Below, one piece after another: positions 11,533-23,524 of a stretch of 64,000 bases of DNA. This DNA is from Ascoidea asiatica JCM 7603. Lineage: Eukaryota; Fungi; Ascomycota. Below the pieces are notes generated by a model, which was not told the DNA's origin, searched no databases, and saw only the letters and a program-made list of their open reading frames with translations. Each line of letters opens with the position of its first letter. Positions within the stretch are counted from its first letter, which is position 1. The stretch is from the NCBI GenBank assembly GCA_001600695.1, contig BCKQ01000002.1, positions 765,184 through 829,183 on the forward strand, given 5' to 3'. A program made the translations under genes and the position numbers.

Positions 11533-12396
11533 CTAAAATTTAAATACATTATCTTTTGAATAACCTAATTCAGCTAAAACACCAGTAACTTCACCTTGTT
11601 CAGTTTTTGAAGCTTTTGTACCAGATAAGAATTTATATAAAGGTTGTGGACCACAAACAAAAGCGAAAGTTTTTTCATCAGTTTTTGGTAAATTTTCTTT
11701 TAAATAATCTTTTGTAATAAAACCAATATTACCATCTTTCCAATTTTCTGGAGCTTTATCAACAAAATAATGAATTTTAACTTGATCAGGGAATTTTAAA
11801 GCAATTTCATCAATTTTTGATTTTAATAAAATATCTTCAGGAGATTTATTACCATAAAATAAATTAATTTTTGTTTTATCAATTGGATTTGAAGTAATTT
11901 CTTGTAATAATTGAAATAATGGAGTTATACCAGTACCTGCACCTAATAAAGAAATTGAATCAAATTTATTTGGAGACCATTTAAATTTTATTAAAGGACC
12001 TTTAAAAGAAACAGAATCATTTGGAGATAAATTAAAAATATAAGAACCAAATTTTGAATTTGGATAATTTTTAATAACAAAATCTAATTCACCTTTTAAA
12101 TCATTTTTTGAAATTGGAGTATATGGTCTAATAACTCCATTACCTTTTGCTAATAATAAAGAAGCAGTTTCTAAACCAGATATATGATTACTTGAAGGTA
12201 AATCAAAAATAAATTTTTTTGTATCATGAGATAAATCTTCAACTTTTTTTAATTTTAAATCAATCCAATCACCAGTACCGGTAAAAGTTTTAATTGGAAC
12301 AGATTTTAACATTATATTTGTTGAATAATAATAATAAGCTCCAGCAATTGTTGCACCTAAAATTCCAGTTTTTAATAATTTTCCACCAATTGGCAT
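11533..12396 (-). CDS. MCR1: NADH-cytochrome b5 reductase, mitochondrial type
   Basis: RPYTP, GAGTGITP, VCGP, QGEVTGVLAELGY..NVFKF motifs; N-terminal membrane anchor ending YYYY. Confidence 0.92.
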   Translation of the reverse strand: MPIGGKLLKTGILGATIAGAYYYYSTNIMLKSVPIKTFTGTGDWIDLKLKKVEDLSHDTKKFIFDLPSSNHISGLETASLLLAKGNGVIRPYTPISKNDLKGELDFVIKNYPNSKFGSYIFNLSPNDSVSFKGPLIKFKWSPNKFDSISLLGAGTGITPLFQLLQEITSNPIDKTKINLFYGNKSPEDILLKSKIDEIALKFPDQVKIHYFVDKAPENWKDGNIGFITKDYLKENLPKTDEKTFAFVCGPQPLYKFLSGTKASKTEQGEVTGVLAELGYSKDNVFKF

Positions 12397-14389
12397 ATTG
12401 AGATTTAATAAATTAATTGAATTGAATTGAATTGAATTGAGTGAATGGAAAAGTAATTGAGTTAATAGAATTCATATAACTTTATTGATATGATATATAA
12501 AGAAATGAATATATGAATATCTTTAAGAGAATTGAATTGAATTAAAATTTATTGACATAATAAATCACATAATAAATTACATATTAAATAAACTAAATAA
12601 AGAGAAATTGCTCAATTCCACAACCAATACAAAAGTCGCCATTCAGATCCTATCAGTGCAACCAAAACCAGCACCGGCACTATTACTAAAGTTACCGGAA
12701 ATATTACTAATAGTTACTAAATACATCTTCGGGTTGGGAGCACGGCTTATCTCCGCATGCCAGTTTTGTAACGCATCCATGTCTCTGGAAAAAAAGAAAA
12801 TAGGACAAAGGAACATGGAACATGGAAAAAAGGTCTTCCACGAAGTTCCTCTTTCTCTCAATCGTTACCACGCCAACAAATATATGAAGCGAGCCTTCCA
12901 TTTTCATCCATTGCAAATAATATACTACTGTATAAATATATCAATAATGATATTCATTTGAATGTCAATTGGAATATCTTTTTGAATATCAATTGATAGA
13001 ATATCACTGGAAAAAAATATCCTATTATGTTAATTGATAAAAAAATATTTACCGATAAAAATATGTATTAAAAGCTACAAAATTTATCTCAGTTTCAATT
13101 TTCTCCCGAATCGAGACATCAAAAAAGTCTCCAATCAGAACTTCTTTTAAACGAAGAGCATAAATATCAACCATAACTTATATGACTGTCATAGTCTTCA
13201 AAATTGAAATTTTAAACCCTCTAGTATCAAAACTATTCAAGTAATCAATCTGATTCAAGATTATTCAAATAGTTAGTGAAAATATTGAAAATTAGAAAAA
13301 AAAGCTAACAATTTTCAGAATTAATATTAACTAGAATTAACTTTTGAAATGCCCTTAAATTCAATAATTTTGAACTTTTTCTCTAACCTTTTTTCGCCGA
13401 ATCCTATCTTGTCCCTATAATTTTCAACCTTTTTCTACAATAGTTTTTCTACTGTACTGTACTTTTCTCTCTATGGTTTTTGGTCCTCTATTATTTTCCC
13501 ATAATGTTTCCCTGTAGTATCCAGTATATTTCAATTTGTTCAAGTTACTTTCAACAACAGCTTCAAACAAAAGACAGAGAAAATAATAGCTTCAACAACC
13601 TAACATTACTTGTAATATTATGAGCATTACTATTACTGCTAATAATGTTAAACAATTCTAATGGAAAAAAATTAGGATTGTTTAGGAAAATTAATCGGAC
13701 ATGAATTGGAACTGAAATGATAATACTTCAAGTAACGCAGATTTCAATCAAACCTGATATAAAATTAAAACAGATTCTAATCAAAATTTATTTTAAGTAG
13801 AAATGAAATCAATTTCAACCAAATGTGATAATTCTAAACATCAATCTGAACCTTGAGATTATTGAAGACAGAAAATAGATTCAGAGTAAGGAATGAAATA
13901 TGGAATAGGGAATATGGAATTTCATATGGGAAATCAGAAAAGGAAATTACAGAAATAAAAGATTTTCTATGGGTGCAAACTCAAGGAATGCCATGGGAAG
14001 GATTCACTTCACTCTGAGCGCTTAAAAACTAATTCACCTTAAACCTTTACTCAGAATCTCCCTTGTTTCTTCGCATACTTTTTTTTCCTTTGAGTTTCCC
14101 TTAATTTTATTTCCTTTATTTTCACGTTTAAAATTTCTCCTTTAAATTTGTTATTTCATTTCTCATATAATTTTCTACTTAACTTACCATTTAATTTATA
14201 ACTTATATAATCCTGTTTAAATTTCTTTTTTCTTTTTCTTTTTATTTAATCATAAATTCTTTATAAACTGATAGAATATTACCATTAAATTCAAGATGAA
14301 TTCTATTAGTATTAATAATCCCAATAATATTTGTTATACTTGTAATTATTTATAATAGATTAATTATCATCAATTCATTTAGATAATTA

Positions 14390-17300
14390 ATAAACCTTTT
14401 TTGAAGTTTATTTAAAAATACAATCAATTAACTTATTAATCATCTACTGGATGATCATCAATAAAAAGTCATAATGATATATCAAATTCAAGAACTAAAG
14501 AATTAATCTATTAGTCCATTATCCAATAATCAATCAATCAATTAAAGAGCATTATTATATTGATATAAGATAATATATTTATCAATTCCCTTAGCTTCCT
14601 CTTTAACAATTACTATAATAATTATAATATATTAACAATAATATTAATATCAGCAATCTAATCAATTAGATAAATTAAATAATTCAATTTAACTGGTGCT
14701 AACCATTTTTTGATGTATTTGAATATGTGTTATCAATAAAATTATATCCATCAATAAACTTAATCACTTAAACACCACTCAAAGACATTAAAAGACATAA
14801 AGAGGAAATTCATTGAGTTCATTAAGTTTATTAAAGTTGAATTCTTTAAAGAAGATTTAGATACAATCTTTTAAGCCTAATGCATTTAATTCTTTTTTTA
14901 AATTAATTATTTGATCAATAAGGTTTTCAAATTTCATAAGTTTTATCTCACTTTTCTTTCTTGCTTATTCTTTTCTTTTTTAATATTTTATCATCTAAAT
15001 CATTTAATCCATTAAAAAAAACAAATAAAAATAAGGTTTATAATTAATATCCAAAAAATAATAATTTTATAGATAAAAGTTTGAAAATGCAGTTGATTTG
15101 TTGATTTGTTTGTTGCTTTTTAATACTTGGGTTTTAACATTAGAAAACATAATTTTATTTCAATCTCATTTTGTTAATCTTTTTTTCAAAAAGTTGGCTG
15201 ATGATAATAATCAACAAATAGAACTCCTAATACTTTTTCCACCTAAATATCATCGTTTAAATAAGAAAAGTAATTATCAAATAAATCACTTAAGGAGAAA
15301 CCATAAAATGATAAATCTTACTGATATCACTTAAAATCACTCTTCTCCAAATCAGCAAACTTTACTAATTAATTCTTTAATCTCATTATACTTTACAATA
15401 ATAATCATTGAATTGAGGTGTAAAAGTATCATTCGTCTTACAGAAATATAATGAAAGATTAATCGGTGAAAAATTCAAAAAAAAAATAATCATAATTCAT
15501 AATTATTATTAATAGAAGTTAAAATTATAAGATAAACTCTTAAGGTTTTGCTGCATTATTGAAAATATAATCATGTTCACTTGTCTTAGTTCTTAAGTTG
15601 AATGATTGTATCAAAAACCTAGTCCTCACAAATTATTCATAAAAAACAATCTCATCTGATAGTTTTATCTTCAAAATGTAGTTGAGAGAATAATCAAACA
15701 ATTTACCGATAAATACAGCGATTCTAGAAAGAACTGCTGCTGATTTCTTCATTCACATATTATCACTTAAATCAGAAATATTATCATTAATTATTTCATG
15801 AAATAAACCTATATCAAAAGTGGTATTTCTCTGTTATTCAATTTCAATACTCCAATCTCAAATTTCAAATCTTCTTTAATAATTTTCCAATTCTCCATTT
15901 TTAATGAGTTTCAATAGCAATCATTGAATGAAAGACATAATTTTTTTTACAGAAGTGCAATTGAAAAAAATCTATCAATAGTGTTTTTGCATTTGGAAGA
16001 AAAACAGCTATTGCTTTCGTTATTTAACTACTATTGCTCAGATCAGGAGAATGATCATTAATGATTTTTTTGCTAAAATCCAAATTTTAAAGGTAGTAAA
16101 TTTTTTTTAATATTGGTTGTTTTTACCCTCTAATCTTAATTCTTTCATTAACTAATTCTCTGATTTTATCAAGGTTTTATATTGATCATTGAGTTAGGAA
16201 TATCATTTTTCCTATAAAAATACAATAAAGGAAGTAGCTACTAAAAAGAATCAGTATTTAAAATTTATATTCAAACAATAATTAATCATCAAAAATATCA
16301 TTAATTTCACTTATCCTATATTTCTTAGAATTGAATAATATTATTAAAAACTGTTTTTGAAATAAACTTTAAAAAAATATATTTTTTTTTTTGATTTCAT
16401 TTTAATAATCTTTATGAAAATAGTCAAACAATTAACTAGTAATGGTTGATAGTTGAAGGAAAGCTGCTGATACTTCTTAACTTCATGAAGTGTTAGCATT
16501 AATTTTTATAAAACATTCAAAGATGGATAGCCAGTTCAATCACATTCTAAAATTAACATACCAAAAAACCTGAAATTATAAGATATAGTCGTGAAGTTTC
16601 GCTTAATTTTTGGAGAAAAAAGTTTAAATTGTTCACTTATCTTACTTTTTAAAATTGAATGATTGTATCAAAAACCAGTTTTTTGCATAGATTTTTTAAA
16701 AATAATATCTTATTATATTCTCCTTCAGATAATCATTTTTTAAAATGTGGTTATTATTGACAATAGTAAAGAAATAAAATTGCTAGTATTTTTTCTTTTC
16801 GAACATTATCACTTTAATGAATATCTGGTAAATTCACTAAAGTGTTCAGAGATAAAGCACATTTCAATACAAGTGGATATTTTTGCTATCATTAATATAG
16901 TTTAAGTTCGCTCTTCTTCAATTCAGATTTTCCAAGTATACTAATTAGTTCTCTAATATCCCTTAGCTTTAACAATAATCATTTGATTAAAGTATTAGTT
17001 CTTTTAGAAAATTATAGTTGAAGATTTATGGATTAACTAAACAATTAGCATTTACAATTAATATTGAAAAGGAATGATATGATAAATATCTGTTAATTGT
17101 TTAAAAAGTAGTAACATTGTTTCCAGGTATTTCATTTCTTTGAATTGAATTACTGTATTAAAAATTTGTTTTTCAGAAACATTTCATGGAAAAGAATTTA
17201 GGTTTATAATCTTGTTTCAAAGTTGATAAAATAATAATTATCAATGTGTAATGGTTGTAATTTAAGAAGAAACTGCTGATACTTTCTTTATCTAGATATT

Positions 17301-17800
17301 ACTTCAGGAAAATAATTATTGAATCTGTTATTCATTGATATATTATTTTGAAACCAAAGAGTCTATTCAACTTAATTGTCTATTTGTTAATTTAATTTTT
17401 TAGTCTGCTAAGACTAATATTAATTTTTTCACAAAGATAATAATTTTTTTGAAGTATTAGTCTCTTATAGGAAGTTCTGAATAATATTAAATTATTTAAT
17501 ACTAAGGTAAAATGACTTCTTCACTAATTATATTATATTCAATTGGTGAAGCATTAGTTTAATTATACAATAGCTATTATTATTTGCCTTGGTATTCAAC
17601 GATTGAATTGGAAAAACCTGATTTTGAGTCAAAGGAGTTCAACTGAAGTTTTTTCAAAGCAAACTATTCATTTCTATACTTCTGTCTTAATTACTATATT
17701 TGGTTGCACACTTGTAAAATATTATAATTATTGTGTTATTTGTTGTATGAAAAAGTGTCAATTCTCTTTTAATATTATTGTCTAGTGTTCTTTGTTAGAA
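14390..17800 (+). pseudogene. Probable highly decayed F-box/LRR-like repeat-protein gene
   Basis: Frameshifted PF-EVYLKI F-box-like stretch near 14395; recurring degenerate unit ttgaatNNNtgtatYaaaaa (LNxCIKN) at 15598, 16331, 16655 and 17145, each followed ~130 nt later by a gctgctgat-like motif; many stops; boundaries approximate. Confidence 0.4.
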
Positions 17801-19251
17801 AAATTTGTTTTGTTTTGTTTTTCTAAAAAGTTTTATATGGAGATAGAATTTTTTTAAAAGTTTTTCTAGCAAAACAAAAATCCAAGTGTTATCTTCTAAT
17901 AAGAAAAGTTCGAATGCAGTATTTCATTAGTAACATGAAATCTTTTTTGAAGAAGTGGGTGGAGATAATGATGATATTAATTCATTTATATCCATTGTAA
18001 AGTATTTCATTTATATTATCAGCAAATTTAATCCTATCAGTGTACTTATCTTTGAAACTATTGTTTCTCAATTGTTTATGATAGATCTAATATTTTTTGT
18101 CTGAAGATGTCACATCCACATATTATGGCAATATTGCTCCAGCAATTAGTGTTATTTTAAAGTGGACTGTCATGAAGATAAAAGTCAGCAATACAATCAA
18201 TGAAACTATGTATTCTGGTTCTAGTTTCCAATAAGTCAAGAAAAATCAGATTAATAATAATTTTAGTTCACCGTTCTTAAAGCTACACTTATGGGTTTAC
18301 TATTACAATCTTTTTTGGACTCTTTCTTTTATTTATCAAGATAAATTGAAAAGTAGTTTCAAATCTATGGTTAAGACTTAGATCTCGTAATTATTAAAGT
18401 ACAAATTTATATGAATTGATCATACTTTTGCTTTTAAATCTATTTCACAGGCAGCTTACCCATTCCTTTAACCTATTTTTTTATGCTTTGTTTTTTCACT
18501 CGACTCCACGATAGTATGTTTTTCCTGTTCATCCTCTCTACGTGACGTTATGCTAACAGTGCATTATATCCTGGTTAACCTTTGAAATATTTTGGTAAGT
18601 TTTACTTTAGAGTTACGTTAATTTAAAAAAATCTGTTAAAGTTTCGAATATTTGAAAGTTATTTTTGAAAATTAAAAAATAACAATCAAATTTTTCAAAG
18701 AATTATTGGTAGTTTATTGCTTTTTCTAATAGTTTCTACATATATTCTATTTTATTTATTTTTTGGTTAAATACCAAAGTCTTTGACGGTACTGATTCTC
18801 AATTAAAGAAACTTCTGGATTCATAATTTATGAAATTCATTAAGAAGACTCTGAAATTTTGAAATTGGAATAGGGTGAATTTCAGCGAGTTCATTAATCT
18901 AAAATCAGTGGTTAAGCAAATGAATCAATTGAATAATTGAATATTCAAGTACTCTTCAAAATATCCAGAATTGATTGTATTTTTTTTGTCAAACAACTTT
19001 CCATGGCCTTACTTTGTTTCTATCTCAAAATTGGTTTCTATAAACTTCTCTGATTTAACCATTTATTTTGTCATATAAATTGTCAGGAATTTTCCCACAA
19101 TTTATTTTTATTTTGACAAAAAATATCTGTCTATTAGGCAAATAAGAATTCCATACAATAATAATCACCTATTAATACTAGTTTTCAATCATCAGCTTCA
19201 GCTTTTTAGAATATATTTTTTTTCTATATTAATCATCAAACAATTATCTCA

Positions 19252-19785
19252 ATGAACACTGAAGAAGTAGAAAGACGCAAAAAACACCCAACTTTAGAGG
19301 GTTGGCTACAATTAGCAAAAGCTAATCATGAATGGACTTTATTTAAGAATGGCGTTGAGAGAAGAGCCAAAGATAAAATATATCTCAGTGAAAACCTTAT
19401 TGCGCTTGCTCATCGTATTATTTATTATTTTTACTATGCTATACCACAAGGGGATGATTATGAAAAGTTGGTTAATGGTCCTGAGTACGAATATATGTAT
19501 TATTATTTAAAACATCCACCAAGTGATAGGAAAACAATAGAAAAAAGAGAAAAAGAACGAGTATCCAAATTCCCTTTTAGATATGTCTATCCTCCCAACA
19601 TTTATCCAGGTGATAATTATCCAGTTGAAACAAAAGAAGAAAGGGAGAAAAAACTTAAAGCAGATAAAGCTTTTAGGGAAAGAAAAGAGAGGGAATTGCA
19701 AGAAATAGAAAACAAGGTTAGGCGTGGTAATTTGTCTTTAGAGGAAGTACATCAATTATATAACCTGTACAGACCTAATTGGTAA
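19252..19785 (+). CDS. Hypothetical protein, 177 aa, Tyr-rich with a charged C-terminal helix
   Basis: ATG-initiated ORF with protein-like composition; no family recognised. Confidence 0.6.
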   Translation: MNTEEVERRKKHPTLEGWLQLAKANHEWTLFKNGVERRAKDKIYLSENLIALAHRIIYYFYYAIPQGDDYEKLVNGPEYEYMYYYLKHPPSDRKTIEKREKERVSKFPFRYVYPPNIYPGDNYPVETKEEREKKLKADKAFRERKERELQEIENKVRRGNLSLEEVHQLYNLYRPNW

Positions 19786-20334
19786 AGCATTTGGATGGCT
19801 AGTTTCACTCGATATATTGGGTGGGATTTTGTTTATTTTATATCAAATATTATATGAGTTTGTTTGTCAACTTCTTTTCACTATTTTCTTTTTCATTTAA
19901 CATTTTCAACATATTCACATTCTATTTTTATATATTTTTTTACTTATTATTACAAATCAAATATATGCCCTATTTATCTTTTTATAACCAACTTTAAGCA
20001 CGAATCTACTTTTTATGTTTGATCTTGAATCAAATTTTGTTGTGATTAGTTATTTTTTCACTATATTTCAAAGTATTCCGCAACAACATGATTTGTGGCT
20101 CTAACTGAAAGTTATTTTCTGGTATAATTGGTCAGATTTGTTTTATTAGAACATATTTAAATCTATATAAAATACTCTATAAATATAATAAAAGAAAAAA
20201 CTATTTTTGCAAATATTATTTTATTATGAGAAATTTATTTCGATTTTAATTCTTAAAAAAACTAACTTTACAAGTCTTAGCCTAAAGACGAAATCAAAGG
20301 CACTACCGCGATTCTCTTACCACAATTTTCACCA

Positions 20335-21366
20335 CTATAAATGGGTTTGATCAAAATTATCAAATATATCAACAAAAGATTCATGAATATAATCATGAAG
20401 ATCAGATGCTTGTAATGACCTTCCCAAATTCTTAAAAGCTTTTCTAGCTGCAGTTCTAGTTAATATAGATCCACCGAAGCAAGATAGCAAAGGTAACCAA
20501 TTCTCATTAATTTTTATACTGCTATTATTATCAATACTACCATGATCCCATAAGTTTTTGCGATATGCCTTTGACCAAGCTAAGAATGTGGCAATAGTAC
20601 CAGTTAAAGTATCGCCTTGTCCACCGGATCTTTTATTTGAGCCAACTGTATCACTAATTAAATATTCATTTGAATTTGAATTAACTATAATATCATTTCT
20701 TCCTTTTTGAAAAACAGTTATTCCATCAAAAGCTTTTGATAATTTGAAAGCTAAAGAAGGATCATTATAAATAATTTCATCAAATTTGATATTCATTGTA
20801 TTCAATAATCTTTTAAACTCTGGTAAATTGGGAGTGATTAAACAATTTTCATAACCTTTGATTAATTCTGGTTTTAAAGATATCAAAAATAAAGAATCAG
20901 CATCTAAAATCATAAATAGTTCTCTTCTAATAATTTCTTTTATAATTATTTCTAAAGTTTTTAACATTATTTTATTTCTTCCAAAGCCAGGTCCTAAAAT
21001 AATAACATCAACTCTATCTAATATTGAATTAACCTTTGGCATTACTTTAGACTCAATCAAATCAAAATCTTTATCATTATCAGATTCTATTAAATATGGA
21101 TGAACCATTAAATTAGGTGAATAAGTTTTTATTACTTGAGCTGCACTTTTTTCACAAATAATATGGACCATATCTGATCCAGATTGAGCAGCTGAATGTG
21201 CAGAAAAATAGGGGGCACCTGTGTAATCTTCACATCCTCCAATAACAGCTATTCTTCCCAATTGTCCTTTATAAAAATTGGGTGATAATGGTGGTATTAT
21301 AGATTTAGTTAATTGTATTAATTCTTTACCTGATAATTTCGATAATTTTCCTCCGATTTCAATCAT
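20335..21366 (-). CDS. NNR2: ATP-dependent (S)-NAD(P)H-hydrate dehydratase
   Basis: KGQLGRIAVIGGCEDYTGAPYF, LGPGFGR, TPNLPEF and KRSGGQGDTLTG motifs. Confidence 0.95.
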   Translation of the reverse strand: MIEIGGKLSKLSGKELIQLTKSIIPPLSPNFYKGQLGRIAVIGGCEDYTGAPYFSAHSAAQSGSDMVHIICEKSAAQVIKTYSPNLMVHPYLIESDNDKDFDLIESKVMPKVNSILDRVDVIILGPGFGRNKIMLKTLEIIIKEIIRRELFMILDADSLFLISLKPELIKGYENCLITPNLPEFKRLLNTMNIKFDEIIYNDPSLAFKLSKAFDGITVFQKGRNDIIVNSNSNEYLISDTVGSNKRSGGQGDTLTGTIATFLAWSKAYRKNLWDHGSIDNNSSIKINENWLPLLSCFGGSILTRTAARKAFKNLGRSLQASDLHDYIHESFVDIFDNFDQTHL

Positions 21367-21895
21367 TTAAACTTAAATATAACTATGATAACAAAAAAAT
21401 TCCAAACTATTATATTCCAATGCAATCCAAAATAATTTTTTTTTTATTAAACAAACTATCTTTGTTCTCTGTTGAATATTTCAAGAAGAAGGTACTTTGT
21501 TAGTAAATTTATTATATAAATCACCAGTTGCTTCGAAGAACCAAACAACTTTAAAGTATCACAGTAAATTTCAGGGATCGCTTTGATCGCAATGCTCCAC
21601 AAACCTGGTCTCGCTCGGGCCAGTGCAGTTCGCTGTTTCCATCAAAATCCGACGAGAGTGTAAACTTAAATATAGCCAAAGCTTGAAGATATTCCCATGC
21701 TTTCTTAATTTATTGCAAGAATATTGATAAATCACTGAATATCTTTTATTTCTCATTATTGATTATTGATTAGGCTATTTATGTTTTTATTTAGCCATTT
21801 CAAAATATCACCTGTACTATAATATAAAGAGTTTTTCTTAAATTAATCGAATTCCATTTCTGATCAGCTAGTCTTTCGTTTAAGCAACTATAATA

Positions 21896-23323
21896 ATGTC
21901 TGAATTTCAAAAAAAGTTGTTTCAAAAGAAGCTATTAGAAGCCGAAAAAACTCTTTCAATGAGTTTCAGTGAAGAGAATGAAGAAGAAGATGAAGAGGAG
22001 TTTGATGATAAAAATGATAGGTTTTCCACTTTACTTAGAGACGCTCCTTTTCCTCCAAGATCATTCACCGATCAAAATAGTCACAGCACTGGTCCATATC
22101 AAAATTCAAATTCAAATCAGACTTCAGAAGGACAATCTAATGATAGAATAACCTTAGCATCATTGATAAAAGACTCAAAACAAAATCAATTTGGTTCTTT
22201 GAATGGTCTTTCAAGTTCTCACAATGCTTTCAAGTTTAGAGACTCTGATGAAAAAATAAGCTTTAAAAAATGGGATGAATTTTTTGAAACTTCTAATGAA
22301 TTAATTGATCCAATAAGCGAAAACAAATTTAAAATTTATTATAAAGCTCCCAAAAACTCAAATTCTCCTCTATTTATTTTTCATCATGGTGCTGGCTCAT
22401 CAGGCTTAACTTTTTCTTCATTAACAAAATCTCTAATTGATAATTTTAATTTACATGAAAAAGATAAAAATATAATTCCAGGATTTTTAACTTTTGATTC
22501 AAGAGGTCATGGAGATACAATAATAAATGAAAATAATTCCAATAATTTAAATATAGATTATTCAATTGATAAATTTATATCAGATTTTCAATTTATATTT
22601 AATAATTTAATTCTTACTGAACCTTTATATAAAAATTTATTCAATGAAAATTTAAATGATGATCAAAATATATCCTTTCCACCAATTATATTAATAGGTC
22701 ATAGTCTTGGAGGTTCAGTTTTAACAAAAGCTTTAAAATCTGATTATTTTATTAATTTTACAAATAATTCTATTAATTTAAAAAATATTATCAAAGGTTT
22801 AGTTATGTTTGATATTGTCGAAGATACTGCAATTGATTCTTTATCTCATATGGATTCTTTTCTAAATTCAAGACCAAACGGTTTTAATTCTATTATAGAT
22901 TCTATAAACTGGCATTTAAAACAAAATTTATTACATAATAAAAATTCTGCTTTAATTTCTGTTCCTGCTTTATTAAAAGAAAATGATTCTAATACTAGTA
23001 AATTTAAATATATATGGAAGAGTAATTTAGTTAAAACTGAACCATACTGGAAAACTTGGTTCAAAGGCTTATCAAATGAATTTATAAATGCTCCTGTTCA
23101 ATCAAAATTATTAATTTTAGCTGGTAATGATTCTTTAGATAAGAATTTAATGATTGGTCAAATGCAAGGTAAATTTCAATTGATTGTTTTTTTAGAATCT
23201 GGACATTTTCTACATGAAGATGTGCCAAATAAAACTGCAATTAGTTTGTATGATTTTTGGAAAAGAAATTTCAATAAATCTGAAACTAAAATTCCGATTT
23301 TATGGGGTAAAATGAGATCATGA
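21896..23323 (+). CDS. PPE1: Protein phosphatase methylesterase 1
   Basis: HHGAGSSGLTF, DSRGHG, GHSLGG, LMIGQMQGKFQL and GHFLHED motifs. Confidence 0.95.
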   Translation: MSEFQKKLFQKKLLEAEKTLSMSFSEENEEEDEEEFDDKNDRFSTLLRDAPFPPRSFTDQNSHSTGPYQNSNSNQTSEGQSNDRITLASLIKDSKQNQFGSLNGLSSSHNAFKFRDSDEKISFKKWDEFFETSNELIDPISENKFKIYYKAPKNSNSPLFIFHHGAGSSGLTFSSLTKSLIDNFNLHEKDKNIIPGFLTFDSRGHGDTIINENNSNNLNIDYSIDKFISDFQFIFNNLILTEPLYKNLFNENLNDDQNISFPPIILIGHSLGGSVLTKALKSDYFINFTNNSINLKNIIKGLVMFDIVEDTAIDSLSHMDSFLNSRPNGFNSIIDSINWHLKQNLLHNKNSALISVPALLKENDSNTSKFKYIWKSNLVKTEPYWKTWFKGLSNEFINAPVQSKLLILAGNDSLDKNLMIGQMQGKFQLIVFLESGHFLHEDVPNKTAISLYDFWKRNFNKSETKIPILWGKMRS

Positions 23324-23524
23324 ACTTTTACTTTTTGAATCTCTTACTTTATATCTCTACAACTTCTTTTATTAAAATTAAAAAATAAATAATAAATAAA
23401 AATAAAATAAACAGAAAAACTAATAACTATAGTTAATTAAAGACCACAAAACTAAACAAAGAAAACAAATAAAATAAAAGAATCTAATACATTAATTCAT
23501 TAATTCATTGATTTATTAATTTAT

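Noticed and set aside
12608-12961. Three overlapping ORFs upstream of MCR1
   Set aside because: Chance ORFs in a GC-richer promoter; no protein-like motifs
15575-17290. Recurring motif considered as a CRISPR-like or regular array
   Set aside because: Eukaryotic context, irregular spacing and degenerate copies; better explained as a decayed repeat-protein gene
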